A stretch of DNA of 64,000 nt from Methanobacteriota archaeon (GCA_963769885.1 CAVYNH010000007.1:256001-320000), one strand, 5' to 3'. Positions 39,146 through 50,390 are shown, counted from the stretch's first letter. The notes: generated from the sequence alone by a model not told the origin. Translations and numbers: made by a program.

Positions 39146-40285
39146 ATGGACTTCACGCTCACCCCACATCAGCAACAGTTCCAAGCCATGGTCTGCGAGT
39201 TCGCCAACAAAGAAATCAAACCCCTCGCCGCCAAGATCGACAAAGAAGAATACTTCCCCTGGGACCTCTACAAAAAAATGGGCAAACTCGGCCTTATGTC
39301 CATGACCGTCCCCAAGGAATACGGCGGCGCCGGTATCGACCGCATCAGCTACATGATCGCCCTCGAAGAAATCAGCCGCGTCTGCGGCTCCACCGGCATC
39401 ACCGTCGAAGCACACAACTCACTCGGCGTCGGCCACATCTACGAAAAAGGCACCGAACAACAACGCAGAAAATACCTGCCAAAACTGCTCACCGGCGAAG
39501 CCCTCGCCGCCTGGGCCCTCACCGAGCCCAGCGCAGGTTCTGACGCCGCCGGCATGAAGACCACCGCTGTTCTTGAAGGCGACCACTGGGTCCTCAACGG
39601 CACTAAGCAATTCATCACCAGCGGCGACCTCGCCCTCGTCACCACGGTCATGGCCAAGACCGACAAGACCAAGGGTGCCAAAGGCATCAGCGCCTTCATT
39701 GTCGAAAAAGGCACCCCAGGCTTCAGCGTCGGCGTCACCGAGGACAAACTCGGCCTGCGCGGTAGTCACACCGTCGAACTCATCCTCGAAAACTGCAAAG
39801 TCCCCAAGGAGAACCTTCTCGGCGAAAAAGACCTCGGCTTCGTCGGCGCTATGGGCATCCTCGATCGCGGCCGCACCGCCATTGGCGCCATGAGCGTCGG
39901 CATCGCCCAAGGAGCTTTCGATGAGAGCCTCCAATACGCCAAAACCAGAGAACAATTCGGCAAACCCATCGGCAAGAACCAGGCGATCCAATGGATGCTC
40001 GCTGACATGGCCACCGAAATCGACGCCGCCAGACTCCTCGTCTACCGCGCCGCCTACCTCGAAGATCAACACCAGTCCTTCGGCATGGAAGCAAGCATGG
40101 CGAAACTCTTCGCCAGCGGCATCGCCATGAACGCCACCCGAAACGCCATCCAGATCCACGGCGGCAACGGCTACATGCGCGACCTCCCCCTCGAGCGCTT
40201 CTACCGCGACGTCAAACTCTGCCAGATCGGCGAGGGAACCAGCGAAGTCCAACGCATGGTCATCGCCCGCCGCCTCGGACTCTAA
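39146..40285 (+). CDS. Acyl-CoA dehydrogenase (short/branched-chain; isovaleryl-CoA DH candidate)
   Basis: ALTEPSAGSD, NGTKQFIT, KLGLRGS, REQFGKPI..NQ, IQIHGG.GY, IGEGTSEVQR. Confidence 0.93.
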   Translation: MDFTLTPHQQQFQAMVCEFANKEIKPLAAKIDKEEYFPWDLYKKMGKLGLMSMTVPKEYGGAGIDRISYMIALEEISRVCGSTGITVEAHNSLGVGHIYEKGTEQQRRKYLPKLLTGEALAAWALTEPSAGSDAAGMKTTAVLEGDHWVLNGTKQFITSGDLALVTTVMAKTDKTKGAKGISAFIVEKGTPGFSVGVTEDKLGLRGSHTVELILENCKVPKENLLGEKDLGFVGAMGILDRGRTAIGAMSVGIAQGAFDESLQYAKTREQFGKPIGKNQAIQWMLADMATEIDAARLLVYRAAYLEDQHQSFGMEASMAKLFASGIAMNATRNAIQIHGGNGYMRDLPLERFYRDVKLCQIGEGTSEVQRMVIARRLGL

Positions 40286-40322
40286 AAAAGAAACACAACA
40301 GAACCACGAAGGTGAACCACCA

Positions 40323-41975
40323 ATGGTACAGCCCCAGTGCGAGCCCAGTCTCACTAAAAAGGACCGCTACGAAGAACTCTACAAGAACTTCACCTGGAAG
40401 GTCCCCAAGCATTACAACTTCGGCTTCGACGTCGTCGACCAATGGGCCGAAGACCGCACCAAACTCGCCCTCATCTCCATCGACAAGGCCGGCGAACAAC
40501 CCCGCTACCACACCTTCTACGACCTCAGCGTCCAATCCAACCAATTCGCTAATATCCTGCGCAACCTCAACATCACCAAAGGCGAACACGCCCTCGTCAT
40601 CCTCCAAAGCATCCCCGAATGGTACATCAGTCTCATCGGCATGTTCAAACTCGGCGTCATCGCCATCCCCGGCACCGTCCTGCTCACCACCAAAGACATC
40701 GAATACCGCGTCAACCGCTCCGGCGCCGTCATGGTCGTCACCGACCTCGACCATGCAGACAGAGTCGACGCCATCAGAGCCAAATGCCCCACCCTCCGCC
40801 ACGTCATGCTCATCGACGGCAAACGCGACGGCTGGCTCAACTTCTCAGAACAGATGAACACAGCATCCCGTGCCCTCCCCCAAAAAGAGATCGGCAAAAC
40901 CCTCGCCACCGACCCCATGCTCATCTACTTCACCTCCGGCACCACAGGACACCCCAAGATGGTCCTCCACACCCACAGTTATCCCTTAGGCCATGAGGTC
41001 ACCGCCCGCTTCGCCCAAGGCCTCACCAAATGCGACCTCCACTGGACCGTCTCCGAGACCGGCTGGGCGAAGGCCGCCTGGGGCAAACTCTTCGGCCAGA
41101 TGATCGTCGGCGCCGCCATCATCCAATGGGAGACACCAGGCCGCTTCGACGCCGACGGACTCCTCAGGATGATGGAGAAATACGGCGTCACTACCTTCTG
41201 CGCACCACCCACCGTCTACCGCATGCTCATCCAGATGGACCTCACCCAATACACCCTCAAACTCAGACACTGCATGAGCGCCGGCGAACCCATGAACCCC
41301 GAGGTCATCCGCGTCTGGAAAAAAGCCTTCGGCCTCGAAATCTACGACTTCTACGGCCAGACCGAGACCGTCTGCGTCCTCTCCAACTACCCCTTCATGC
41401 CCATCAAATACGGCAGCGTCGGCAAACCCACCCCAGGACATGACGTCCGCATCGTCAACGACGAAGGAACCGAACTCAAACCCAACGAAGTCGGCAACAT
41501 CTGCCTCTACATCGGCGACGTCAGGCCACCCGGCCTCTTCAAAGAATACTGGAAAGACCCAGAACTCATGCAACGCGTCTTCCGCGGCCCCTACTACTAC
41601 ACCGGCGACCAAGGCTACAAAGACGACGACGGCTACTTCTGGTTCGTCGGCAGAGACGACGACGTCATCAAATCCAGCGGCTACCGCATCGGCCCCTTCG
41701 AAGTCGAATCCGCATTAATCGAACACCCCGCCGTCGCCGAATGCGCCGTCGTCGGCACCCCAGACCCTGACGGCGTCCGCGGCATCGTCGTCAAAGCCTT
41801 CGTCGTCCTCGCCAAAGGCTACAAACCCTCAGACACCCTCACCAAAGAACTCCAAGACCACGTCAAAAACACCACCGCCCCCTACAAATACCCACGCATC
41901 ATCGAATACATGGACGAGCTGCCAAAAACCATCTCAGGGAAGATCCTGCGCCGAGAACTCAGGATGAAAACTTAA
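40323..41975 (+). CDS. Medium-chain acyl-CoA synthetase (AMP-forming)
   Basis: YFTSGTTGHPK, SAGEP, YGQTET, TGD, GRDDDVIKSSGYRIGP.EVE, LPKTISGKI. Confidence 0.95.
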   Translation: MVQPQCEPSLTKKDRYEELYKNFTWKVPKHYNFGFDVVDQWAEDRTKLALISIDKAGEQPRYHTFYDLSVQSNQFANILRNLNITKGEHALVILQSIPEWYISLIGMFKLGVIAIPGTVLLTTKDIEYRVNRSGAVMVVTDLDHADRVDAIRAKCPTLRHVMLIDGKRDGWLNFSEQMNTASRALPQKEIGKTLATDPMLIYFTSGTTGHPKMVLHTHSYPLGHEVTARFAQGLTKCDLHWTVSETGWAKAAWGKLFGQMIVGAAIIQWETPGRFDADGLLRMMEKYGVTTFCAPPTVYRMLIQMDLTQYTLKLRHCMSAGEPMNPEVIRVWKKAFGLEIYDFYGQTETVCVLSNYPFMPIKYGSVGKPTPGHDVRIVNDEGTELKPNEVGNICLYIGDVRPPGLFKEYWKDPELMQRVFRGPYYYTGDQGYKDDDGYFWFVGRDDDVIKSSGYRIGPFEVESALIEHPAVAECAVVGTPDPDGVRGIVVKAFVVLAKGYKPSDTLTKELQDHVKNTTAPYKYPRIIEYMDELPKTISGKILRRELRMKT

Positions 41976-43192
41976 GGCTCCTTCATCGACCTCACCGGCA
42001 TCAACGCCTCCTTCATCAAAGAATACAGATACCGCACTAGAATCACCCCGATATACTTCGAAAAACTAATCTGCCCACCCGTCACGCCAATCGTCAACCG
42101 CGCCAGCTGCCGATCCCGCATCAACAACTTCACGATCCGCTCCGAGTTCTTCCCCCACTGCTTGTTAAATCCCCCCAGGATCTTCAGATCACGCCCGAAC
42201 TCACGCCACCACCGCTGCTGATACCGTCCCAGGAACCCTGCAGAGAAATCACCGGCAGCGACCGCCTCCGCAGCCACCCCCCCGGCCAACAACCCAGACA
42301 TCATCGCATAATAGATCCCCTCCCCTGTAATCGGGTTGATGAACCCCGCCGCGTCACCGCAGACCATCACCCTGTCCGCGAACGTCTTCTTCAATGGGAA
42401 AATCGGCAGGACTGCCCCCCGCGCATCATCATCAGGAAACCCCACCGGCAACAACCCTTGAGCCTTCAACGACGCGATGAACAGACTATATGTCTCCTTC
42501 AGGCTCCGCCGCTGTGTCCCAGTCTGGACCGCAGACGAAAACTCCCCAATCCCGACATTCACACAATCCTTCTTCGGAAACACCCACCCGTACCCCGCAA
42601 TCCCCTGCGCCTTGATGAACAAATGCACCAGATGCTTCTCAGAATACAACACGGCGAGCTGCTCAGAACTCATCGGATGCTCACCGACCAGGCACACGCA
42701 CCGCAAATCATCCGCAGACGACAACCCCGCCTTCCGCGCCACAAGACTATTCATCCCATCACAGCCCAGCACCACCCTCCCCTCCACCCGCTCCCCCGAC
42801 GACAGCGAAAACGCCACCCGATCAGCCCGAACCTCCATATCGACCACCGCGGTCTCCGGACGGAACTCCACACCCGCCTCAACCGCGAGACGCAGCAACG
42901 CCGCATCAAACTCCCGGCGCTGCACCATCCCCAAAAACGGGGTATCACGAACCACACGAAGTTGATACCGACACGACATCGAATAGGTAACGCTACCGTA
43001 TGAGAGAGAATCAAGATACGGCTCGACATACGGAAACCGCTTCCACACCCGCGTCGGCATCCCACCCCCACAAGCCTTGTCACGCGGGAAGCTCGCCTTG
43101 TCCAACAGCAATACCTGAACACCGTGTTCCCTGAGGGCTCTGGCGGCGGTCGATCCAGCCGGACCCGCCCCAACCACGATCACATCAAACAT
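41972..43192 (-). CDS. Geranylgeranyl reductase family flavoprotein
   Basis: GAGPAG, FPRDKACGG, GYGWVFPK, GDAAG..NP.TGEGIYYA. Confidence 0.9.
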   Translation of the reverse strand: MFDVIVVGAGPAGSTAARALREHGVQVLLLDKASFPRDKACGGGMPTRVWKRFPYVEPYLDSLSYGSVTYSMSCRYQLRVVRDTPFLGMVQRREFDAALLRLAVEAGVEFRPETAVVDMEVRADRVAFSLSSGERVEGRVVLGCDGMNSLVARKAGLSSADDLRCVCLVGEHPMSSEQLAVLYSEKHLVHLFIKAQGIAGYGWVFPKKDCVNVGIGEFSSAVQTGTQRRSLKETYSLFIASLKAQGLLPVGFPDDDARGAVLPIFPLKKTFADRVMVCGDAAGFINPITGEGIYYAMMSGLLAGGVAAEAVAAGDFSAGFLGRYQQRWWREFGRDLKILGGFNKQWGKNSERIVKLLMRDRQLARLTIGVTGGQISFSKYIGVILVRYLYSLMKEALMPVRSMKEP

Positions 43193-43212
43193 GACAGAGA
43201 CCTTGTACCACC

Positions 43213-44820
43213 TTACATCCGGAATACACCGGTCTTCGACTCAGGGATCGGCGCATTCAACGACGCAGAGATCCCCAGCCCAAGCACCAGCCGTGTATCA
43301 ATGGGATCGATAACCCCATCATCCCAGATCCGAGCCGTACTATAGTAGGGATTACCCTCCACCTCGTACTTCTTCAGAATCGGATCCGTTAATTGTTTTT
43401 CTTCTTCCTTGCTCATCTCTATGCCTTTCCGCCACAACTGATCACGCTTCACGGTCAACAGCACCGTGGCCGCCTGCTGACCACCCATCACAGAAATCCG
43501 AGCGTTCGGCCACATCCACAGCTGCCGCGGACCATACGCCCGCCCGCACATGCCGTAATTCCCGGCGCCGAATGAGCCGCCGATAATAACCGTGAACTTC
43601 GGGACCTGCGCGCAGGTCACCGCGGTGACCATCTTCGCCCCGTCTTTGGCAATGCCACCTGCTTCGTACTTGCGACCTACCATGAACCCCGTGATGTTCT
43701 GCAGGAAGACCAGAGGGACACGACGCTGGCAGCACAATTCAATGAAATGGCTCCCTTTCAACGCTGACTCCGAGAACAGAACCCCGTTGTTGGCCAAGAT
43801 GCCGACCGGGTATCCCATGATACGGGCAAAGCCACAGACCAAGGTCGTCCCATACAAAGCCTTGAACTCGTGGAACTTCGAGCCGTCGACAATGCGGGCG
43901 ATGATCTCCTTGACCTCAAAAGGCTTCCGGGAATCCTTAGGGATTATCCCGTAGATCTCCCGGATATCGTAGGCGGGTTCCTCTGGCTTTTTAATCTCAA
44001 GGAAAGTCTTCTCAGGTCGGTTAAGGTTCTCAATGATGTTGCGGGTAATGCGAATGGCCTCTGAGTCGTCGGCCGCGTAATGGTCGGAGACGCCACTCTC
44101 GCGGCAGTGGACGTCGGCGCCACCGAGTTCTTCCGCAGTGACGTCTTCGCCGGTGGCCGCCTTGACCAGCGGAGGACCACCGAGGAAGATAGTCCCGGTT
44201 CCTTTCACGATCACAGTCTCGTCTGACATCGCGGGCACGTAAGCGCCGCCTGCGGTGCAGGAGCCCATGACGACTGCGATCTGGGGGATCTCCAGAGAGG
44301 ACATCTTGGCCTGGTTGTAGAAGATCCGGCCAAAGTGTTCCCGGTCTGGGAAGACCTCGTCTTGCATGGGGAGGAATGCGCCGCCGGAGTCGACGAGGTA
44401 GATGCAGGGAAGGTTGTTCTCCTGTGCGATCTCCTGTGCCCGGAGGTGCTTTTTGACGGTGATGGGGTAGTAGGTGCCGCCGGTGACGGTGGCGTCGTTG
44501 GCGACGATCATGACCTCGCGGCCATGGATGATGCCGATGCCGGTGACGATGCCGGCGCAGGGGGCCTTGTTATCGAACATGCCGTATGCAGCGAGGGTGT
44601 TGAATTCCATGAAGGGGGTGTCGAGGTCGAGGAGGGCTTCGATGCGTTCGCGGACGAGCATTTTGTTACGGGATTTGTGGAGTTTGATGACTTCGTCGCC
44701 ACCGCCTTTCATGGCGATGGCGATTTTGTCTTTGAGGTCTTTGACGAGGGTTTCGTAGTAGGCGGCGTTTTCTTTGAAGTCCTTGCTGGTGGTCTCGATG
44801 TTGGTGTCGAGTACGTCCAT
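43213..44820 (-). CDS. 3-methylcrotonyl-CoA carboxylase beta (carboxyltransferase) subunit
   Basis: [47 protein letters not shown]. Confidence 0.93.
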   Translation of the reverse strand: MDVLDTNIETTSKDFKENAAYYETLVKDLKDKIAIAMKGGGDEVIKLHKSRNKMLVRERIEALLDLDTPFMEFNTLAAYGMFDNKAPCAGIVTGIGIIHGREVMIVANDATVTGGTYYPITVKKHLRAQEIAQENNLPCIYLVDSGGAFLPMQDEVFPDREHFGRIFYNQAKMSSLEIPQIAVVMGSCTAGGAYVPAMSDETVIVKGTGTIFLGGPPLVKAATGEDVTAEELGGADVHCRESGVSDHYAADDSEAIRITRNIIENLNRPEKTFLEIKKPEEPAYDIREIYGIIPKDSRKPFEVKEIIARIVDGSKFHEFKALYGTTLVCGFARIMGYPVGILANNGVLFSESALKGSHFIELCCQRRVPLVFLQNITGFMVGRKYEAGGIAKDGAKMVTAVTCAQVPKFTVIIGGSFGAGNYGMCGRAYGPRQLWMWPNARISVMGGQQAATVLLTVKRDQLWRKGIEMSKEEEKQLTDPILKKYEVEGNPYYSTARIWDDGVIDPIDTRLVLGLGISASLNAPIPESKTGVFRM

Positions 44821-44822
44821 TG

Positions 44823-45314
44823 TTAGGCCTCCTTTTTGCGGAGTTCTGCGGTGAGTTGGCCGATTTCGATTTGGTCTTTTTCTTTGAAGTAGACTTTTTC
44901 GATGGTGCCGGTCGTGGGGGCGCGGATGAGGTATTCCATTTTCATGGCTTCGATGACCATGAGGACGTCTCCTTTGATGACGGTGTCGCCGGGTCTGACT
45001 TTGATGCTGACGATGGTGCCGGAGATGGGGCTGTTGAGGTCGCCTTCTTTCTTCTCGGCTTTCTTTTTACCGGAGAGTTCGGTGCGGCTGACTTGGAAGA
45101 CTTCGCCGTCGATGAAGACGAATTTGCTGTCGTGGCGCTCGGAGATGACGCATTTGATGATGCGGTCGCCGAGTTGGAGTTTGAGTTGGCCGGGGCTGAG
45201 TTCGTTGGCGGTGACGGTGTATTCGTTGTTGTCGTAGGTGACGTAGAACTGGTTGTCGTGGTATTCGACGGTGACGGGGTAGATGTGGGCGTCGTGTTCG
45301 TAGTTGATGAACAT
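44823..45314 (-). CDS. Biotin carboxyl carrier subunit (BT+BCCP)
   Basis: EAMKM biotinylation motif, SPISG. Confidence 0.92.
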   Translation of the reverse strand: MFINYEHDAHIYPVTVEYHDNQFYVTYDNNEYTVTANELSPGQLKLQLGDRIIKCVISERHDSKFVFIDGEVFQVSRTELSGKKKAEKKEGDLNSPISGTIVSIKVRPGDTVIKGDVLMVIEAMKMEYLIRAPTTGTIEKVYFKEKDQIEIGQLTAELRKKEA

Positions 45315-45318
45315 CGCT

Positions 45319-46827
45319 TCACACTCCCATGCGCCATCGTCCTGTGTAGCGCCAGGGCGAGTGGGGGTCGGCTTCTTTGTATCTGACGACTTCTTCGCGT
45401 TGTGGATGGAGGGCGTCGTAGACGGCGAGGGCGAGGATCGCGTCGAGAGGCAGGCTGCGTTTGGTGGCGAGCCAGTCTTTGAAGTAGTCGTTGATGAAAT
45501 GGGTGGTGATGTTGCCGCGGCGGAATTGTTCGTGGTCGAGGACTTGTTTGAGGAAGGGGATGTTGGTGGTGACTCCGAGGACGACGTAGTGGGAAAGCGC
45601 CCATATCATTTTGTCGATGCTTTCTTGGCGGTTTTCGCTGGAGACGATGAGTTTGGCGAGCATGGGGTCGTAGTAGGGGCTGACCGTGAAGTCGGTGTCG
45701 ACGCCGGTGTCGTTGCGGATATTGGGGCCGTGGGGGAGTTGGATTTTTTTGAGGGTGCCGATGCTGGGGAGGAAGCCGTTGCCGGGGTCTTCGGCGTAGA
45801 TGCGGCATTCGAGGGCGTGGCCGCGTTGGGAGAGGAGGTGTTGGTGGAGGGTGAGGTCCATGTCGCTGGCGATGCGGAGTTGCCATTTGACGAGGTCGAT
45901 GCCGGTGGTGGCCTCGGTGATGGGGTGTTCGACTTGGAGGCGGGTGTTCATCTCCATGAAGTAGTAGTTGAGGGCGCCGTCGACCATGAACTCGACGGTG
46001 CCGGCGTTGGTGTAGCCTGCGGCCTGGGCTGCGGCGACGGCGGCCTTGCCCATGGTCTCTCGGAGTTTGGGGGTTAGGAGGGGTGAGGGGGTTTCTTCGA
46101 TGATTTTTTGGTGCCGCCGTTGGATGGAGCATTCGCGTTCGAAGAGGTGGATGGTGTGTCCGTGGTGGTCGGCGAGGACTTGGAATTCGATGTGGCGGGG
46201 TTTGTCGATGTATTGTTCGAGGAAGACGGCGTCGTTGCCGAAGGCGGATTTGGATTCTCGTTTGGCGCTCTCGATGGCTTGGGGGAGTTCGTCTTCGTTG
46301 GGGACGATGCGCATGCCTTTGCCGCCGCCGCCGGCTGTGGCTTTGACGAGGAGGGGGAAGCCGATGCGGACGCCTTCTTTGACGAGGCTTTGGATGTCTT
46401 GTTTTTCGCCGTCGTAGCCGGGGATGACGGGGACGCCGGCCTTTTGCATGGTGGTCTTTGCGGCGATCTTGTCGCCCATGAGTTTAATGGTGTGAGCGGT
46501 GGGTCCGATGAAGACGATGCCAGAGTCGGCGCAGGCTTGGGCGAAGTCTGGGTTTTCTGCGAGGAAGCCGTAGCCGGGGTGGATGGCCTCGGCGCCGCTG
46601 GTCTGGGCTGCTTCGATGATTTTTTTGATGTTGAGGTAGCTTTCGGAGGGGGTGGGGTCGCCGAGGTTGACGGATTCGTCGGCGAGGTGGACGTGGGGGG
46701 CGGTCTTGTCGACTTCAGAGTAGACGGCGACGGTGCGGATGCCCATCTCTTGGCAGGCTTTCATGACGCGGACGGCGATCTCGCCGCGGTTGGCGATGAG
46801 GACTTTTTTGAACACGTCAGGGTTCAC
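45319..46827 (-). CDS. Biotin carboxylase subunit
   Basis: IANRGEIA, HPGYGFLAEN, GGGGKGMR, ERECSIQRRHQK, EMNTRLQVEHP, YDPMLAK. Confidence 0.96.
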   Translation of the reverse strand: MNPDVFKKVLIANRGEIAVRVMKACQEMGIRTVAVYSEVDKTAPHVHLADESVNLGDPTPSESYLNIKKIIEAAQTSGAEAIHPGYGFLAENPDFAQACADSGIVFIGPTAHTIKLMGDKIAAKTTMQKAGVPVIPGYDGEKQDIQSLVKEGVRIGFPLLVKATAGGGGKGMRIVPNEDELPQAIESAKRESKSAFGNDAVFLEQYIDKPRHIEFQVLADHHGHTIHLFERECSIQRRHQKIIEETPSPLLTPKLRETMGKAAVAAAQAAGYTNAGTVEFMVDGALNYYFMEMNTRLQVEHPITEATTGIDLVKWQLRIASDMDLTLHQHLLSQRGHALECRIYAEDPGNGFLPSIGTLKKIQLPHGPNIRNDTGVDTDFTVSPYYDPMLAKLIVSSENRQESIDKMIWALSHYVVLGVTTNIPFLKQVLDHEQFRRGNITTHFINDYFKDWLATKRSLPLDAILALAVYDALHPQREEVVRYKEADPHSPWRYTGRWRMGV

Positions 46828-47605
46828 TCCAGTTGGGTTTGCGTTTGTCGAGGAAGGCGGCCATGCCTTCTTGGCCTTCGGGGGAGGTGCGCAGGGAGGC
46901 GATCTTTTCGACGGTGTGGGTCTTGTAGTCGGCGGGGTCCATGCGGAGCATGGTGGCGATGAGGGCTTTGACTTCGGCCTTGGCGTGGGGGCCTGAGGTG
47001 GAGAGCGAGGTGAGCCAGCCTTGGATGGTGGCGTCGATGGTGTCGGGTAGGGCGATGGCGTCGATGAGGCCGATGGTGAGGGCGGTCTGGGCGTCGAAGC
47101 GTTCGCCGGTCATGAAGAAGCGGCGCATTGTGGCGGGGGTGAGTCGTTGGGCGACGTAGGTGGATATGACGGCGGGGATGAGGCCGAGTTTGGCTTCGGT
47201 GAATCCGAATTTGGCGTCGGGGACGCTGGCGGCGAGGTCGCAGACGGCGACGAGGCCGACGCCGCCGCCGAAGGCGGGGCCGTTAATCCTGCCGATGACG
47301 GGTTTGGGGCAGGAGGCGATGGTGTCGTAGAGGCTGAGGATCTTGTGGCTGTCGGTGATGTTCTGCTCCTTGGAGTAGTGGATCATTTCTTTCATCCAGT
47401 TGAGGTCCGCACCTGCGCAGAAGGATTTCCCGGCACCGGTGAGGACGACGGCCGTGATTGATGAGTCAGTGCGGAGGTTATGGAAGCAGTCGATGAGGTC
47501 GCCGATGAGGGCGTCGGAGAAGGCGTTGTGCACCTCAGGACGGTTGAGGGTGATGGTGAGTGTCCCCTGCGTCTGCGATGTCTGGAGAGTCTTCTGGGTC
47601 ATCAT
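46817..47605 (-). CDS. Methylglutaconyl-CoA hydratase-like crotonase (LiuC-type)
   Basis: NRPEVHNAF, FCAGADL.WM, GGGVGL, E.KLGLIPAVIS, EGQEG..AFL.KRKP.W; adjacent to MCC genes. Confidence 0.85.
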   Translation of the reverse strand: MMTQKTLQTSQTQGTLTITLNRPEVHNAFSDALIGDLIDCFHNLRTDSSITAVVLTGAGKSFCAGADLNWMKEMIHYSKEQNITDSHKILSLYDTIASCPKPVIGRINGPAFGGGVGLVAVCDLAASVPDAKFGFTEAKLGLIPAVISTYVAQRLTPATMRRFFMTGERFDAQTALTIGLIDAIALPDTIDATIQGWLTSLSTSGPHAKAEVKALIATMLRMDPADYKTHTVEKIASLRTSPEGQEGMAAFLDKRKPNWSEP

Positions 47606-47690
47606 GCTGCCTCCCTGAAGGCATCTATCACAATCATCTTCCTGCGTCCTATGGGCACGCGGTTTATAAACCTCTCGTGAGCCATCAGGG

Positions 47691-48467
47691 TTATTTCCCC
47701 TTAAATACTGGCTTGCGTTTTTCGACGAAAGCGGCGACGCCCTCGGTGAAATCTTGGGAGCCGGCGGACCAGGCCGCGGTCTGGCTCTCCATTTCGAGGT
47801 GGTCCACGGGGGCGTTGGTGAGGCTTTTGTTGATTAGCATCTTTGCTTTCCCGACCGCGATGGGCGGGAGGCGGCGGAACTCGTCGGCGAAGCCTTCCGC
47901 GGTTGTCATTAGGTCTTTGCTGTCGACGACTCTGTTGACGAGGCCGAGGCGTTCTCCTTCCTCTGCGGTGAAGATCTTGGCGGTCAGGATGTATTCGCAG
48001 GCGCGCTGGTAGCCGACGGTGTGGGTGAAGAACTGGGTGCCGCAGCCGGGGGCGAGGCCGATGCCGATGAAGGCAGTGCTCATCTTCGCGTCTTTGCTGG
48101 CGATGATGAGGTCGCAGGCCAAGGCGAGGCTGAGGCCGGCGCCGAAGGCTGACCCGTTGACCGCGGCGATCACGGGTTTTTCCATGGAGCGGATCTCGAT
48201 GACGCAGCGGTGGATTGCGCGGGTGAGGTCTCGGAGGAACTGGGGTTTGTCGGTGGCTGCGTGCATGTCTTTGACGTCGCCGCCGCCGCAGAAGCCTTTG
48301 CCCGTGCCAGTCAGGATGACAGCCCGGATGGTAGGGTCGGTAGCGGCTTGGCGGAGGGTCGTGTAGAGTTCGTCTCCGAGGAGAAGGTCGAAGGAGTTCA
48401 GGCGGTCAGGGCGGTTGAGGGTGATGTAGGCGACGGCGTCCTTGGTCGTCACGTGTAAGGTCTGCAT
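47691..48467 (-). CDS. Enoyl-CoA hydratase/isomerase (PaaG-like)
   Basis: NRPDRLN, FCGGGD, GAGLSLALACD, AF..IGL.P, AFVEKRKP.F.G. Confidence 0.9.
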   Translation of the reverse strand: MQTLHVTTKDAVAYITLNRPDRLNSFDLLLGDELYTTLRQAATDPTIRAVILTGTGKGFCGGGDVKDMHAATDKPQFLRDLTRAIHRCVIEIRSMEKPVIAAVNGSAFGAGLSLALACDLIIASKDAKMSTAFIGIGLAPGCGTQFFTHTVGYQRACEYILTAKIFTAEEGERLGLVNRVVDSKDLMTTAEGFADEFRRLPPIAVGKAKMLINKSLTNAPVDHLEMESQTAAWSAGSQDFTEGVAAFVEKRKPVFKGK

Positions 48468-48544
48468 TAGCCCCGTTGAATAACGCCAAAGGATTTAAGG
48501 ATTTGCCGGAAGAAAACCCAGAAGAACAGGAGAAAGAGGAGAGG

Positions 48545-50308
48545 TTACCGGGGGTATCCTCCTATCCGGAGGGTGGGGTCGCCGAGGAGGATGAATTCTT
48601 GGACGGTGAAGGGGTCGTCGGGGACGTCGGTGATGTATCCGTTTTGCATGCCGGTGATCATCTCGCCGAGGTACGTGCTGGTGTTGTAGCTTTGGAAAAA
48701 CTCGATGGAAATCTTGCCGGCGCCGATTTCGTTATTGCCGTACGCGGTGCGGGTCGCGCCGATCGTGGCGATGGCGCCGCCGCCGGGGTGCTTGAGGAAG
48801 GCCCAGGCGAAGCAGGGCTCGCGGACGGAGGTGTTGTAATGGAGGGCTTTGGCGATGGCGTTGGGGATGCGGAAGGCCTTGTAGTCGAGCATGTCTTGGA
48901 GGATGAAGTCAATCCTGGCGGTAAGGCAAGCGTCGAAGTAGATGATAGGGAGCTTGTAGCCGTTCTTGAGACCTTTGATGTAGGGGGTGAAGTAGGATTT
49001 CATGTGGCGGCCGGCGATGGTCTTGTAGGTGCCGATGCCGTGTTCGAAGCCGTGGCCGGAGTAGTCGATGAATCCCGCGCCCTGGTTGATGGCGTTGTTG
49101 ATGGTCCAGGGGTTGAAGTTGTGCTTGGAGGTCCAGATGTAGACGGGGGTGAAGTTGGTCATGATGTTGTGGATGATGAGGTTGAGTTTTTCGCCGTCGT
49201 TGCCCAGGGTCCATTTGAAGGTGTTGCCGCCCATGAAGATCATGGTGTGGAACCAGTCGGCGCCGTAGGTCTCGGTTTCGTAGTGGATGATCTTGTCGAC
49301 GACGGTGGTGACCTCGTCGATGGAGGCGCAGGCGAGCCTGCCGATCTGGACGTCCGGGTAGAGATCCATGTGGTCCTCGGGTTCGCCGAAGACGCTGTTG
49401 TTGTTCGTATCCCAGTTGCTGAAGGCGCCGGTGGCGTTGTAGAGGTCGGCGTAGTAGAGGTCGGAGATGACGTCGTCTTCGACGTGCGTGATCCAGCCGA
49501 GGGCGACGCAGGAGCGAATGGGGATCTGGTCGACGCCGCCGACAATGAGGACTGATTGAACACCCAGGGTCTCGACTGCGTCCTTGATCGCGTACTTAAT
49601 CTGCTCGATGTCATCGCGGCCGGGGTACGAGGCGGTGATGTTCTCCAGGGTCATGAGTAGCATTTCGACGCCTATCGCATGCTTATGATCTATGAGTGGC
49701 TGCAGGGCGGTGGTGAAGTTCGCTGGCGCTATAACTAAGCAATCGTAATTTCTAACGGTCTTTGGACTTGAAGCGGGGAGAGTATAGGAAATCTCAACCT
49801 GGACCGAAGAGGTGACCTGGATGATGCGGCTTCCAGGCTCGGTCTGGATGGGGTAGAAGTTTATCACAACGAAGAGGACGTGGTCTCGCCCTTGGAGTCC
49901 CGCGCCGAGACGGTAGGAACATTGCGTTGGAGAGGATGCGGCTGTCCGGTCGAGGAGCGTGCCTGGTTCATCCTGGATCATCAATGGAGGTGCAAGCATA
50001 ACGGGTACTGGGAGAGAGTGTTTTACGGCGGGGGTTGTCGTAAAATGAACCGAGGAAATGATTGTGCCGAGAGGATAGGTGAACACTGCGGTGATGTGCG
50101 GAAGCACTGGCAGTCCCGGGGATGTCGTGTAGGAGGTCGCTTCGGGGATGGTCACGGTGCAGCCTTGGTCCGTGATCGTGATGGTGGGCGGGGAGGCTGT
50201 CACTGTTGCCGATTGAGTCATGGTTGTGGATGCAGATTGGGTTGGGAAGGCTCCGAAGCCGGCGAGCGAAAGAATAATGATAATCCCTATGGTGAGTAGA
50301 TTCTTCAT
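48545..50308 (-). CDS. Secreted C25 (gingipain-like) peptidase with propeptide
   Basis: Signal peptide; propeptide PGLPVLP; SDLYYAD, PD..IGRL, YSGHG (His), FDAC (Cys), LLGDPTL.IGGY. Confidence 0.9.
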   Translation of the reverse strand: MKNLLTIGIIIILSLAGFGAFPTQSASTTMTQSATVTASPPTITITDQGCTVTIPEATSYTTSPGLPVLPHITAVFTYPLGTIISSVHFTTTPAVKHSLPVPVMLAPPLMIQDEPGTLLDRTAASSPTQCSYRLGAGLQGRDHVLFVVINFYPIQTEPGSRIIQVTSSVQVEISYTLPASSPKTVRNYDCLVIAPANFTTALQPLIDHKHAIGVEMLLMTLENITASYPGRDDIEQIKYAIKDAVETLGVQSVLIVGGVDQIPIRSCVALGWITHVEDDVISDLYYADLYNATGAFSNWDTNNNSVFGEPEDHMDLYPDVQIGRLACASIDEVTTVVDKIIHYETETYGADWFHTMIFMGGNTFKWTLGNDGEKLNLIIHNIMTNFTPVYIWTSKHNFNPWTINNAINQGAGFIDYSGHGFEHGIGTYKTIAGRHMKSYFTPYIKGLKNGYKLPIIYFDACLTARIDFILQDMLDYKAFRIPNAIAKALHYNTSVREPCFAWAFLKHPGGGAIATIGATRTAYGNNEIGAGKISIEFFQSYNTSTYLGEMITGMQNGYITDVPDDPFTVQEFILLGDPTLRIGGYPR

Positions 50309-50390
50309 AGTGGAATCCCCCTATCAAGAGAGGTTAGATGCGGGCTTTGTATAAATTAGTTTCCTTGCTTCAAGGTCCTATTTTTCATAA

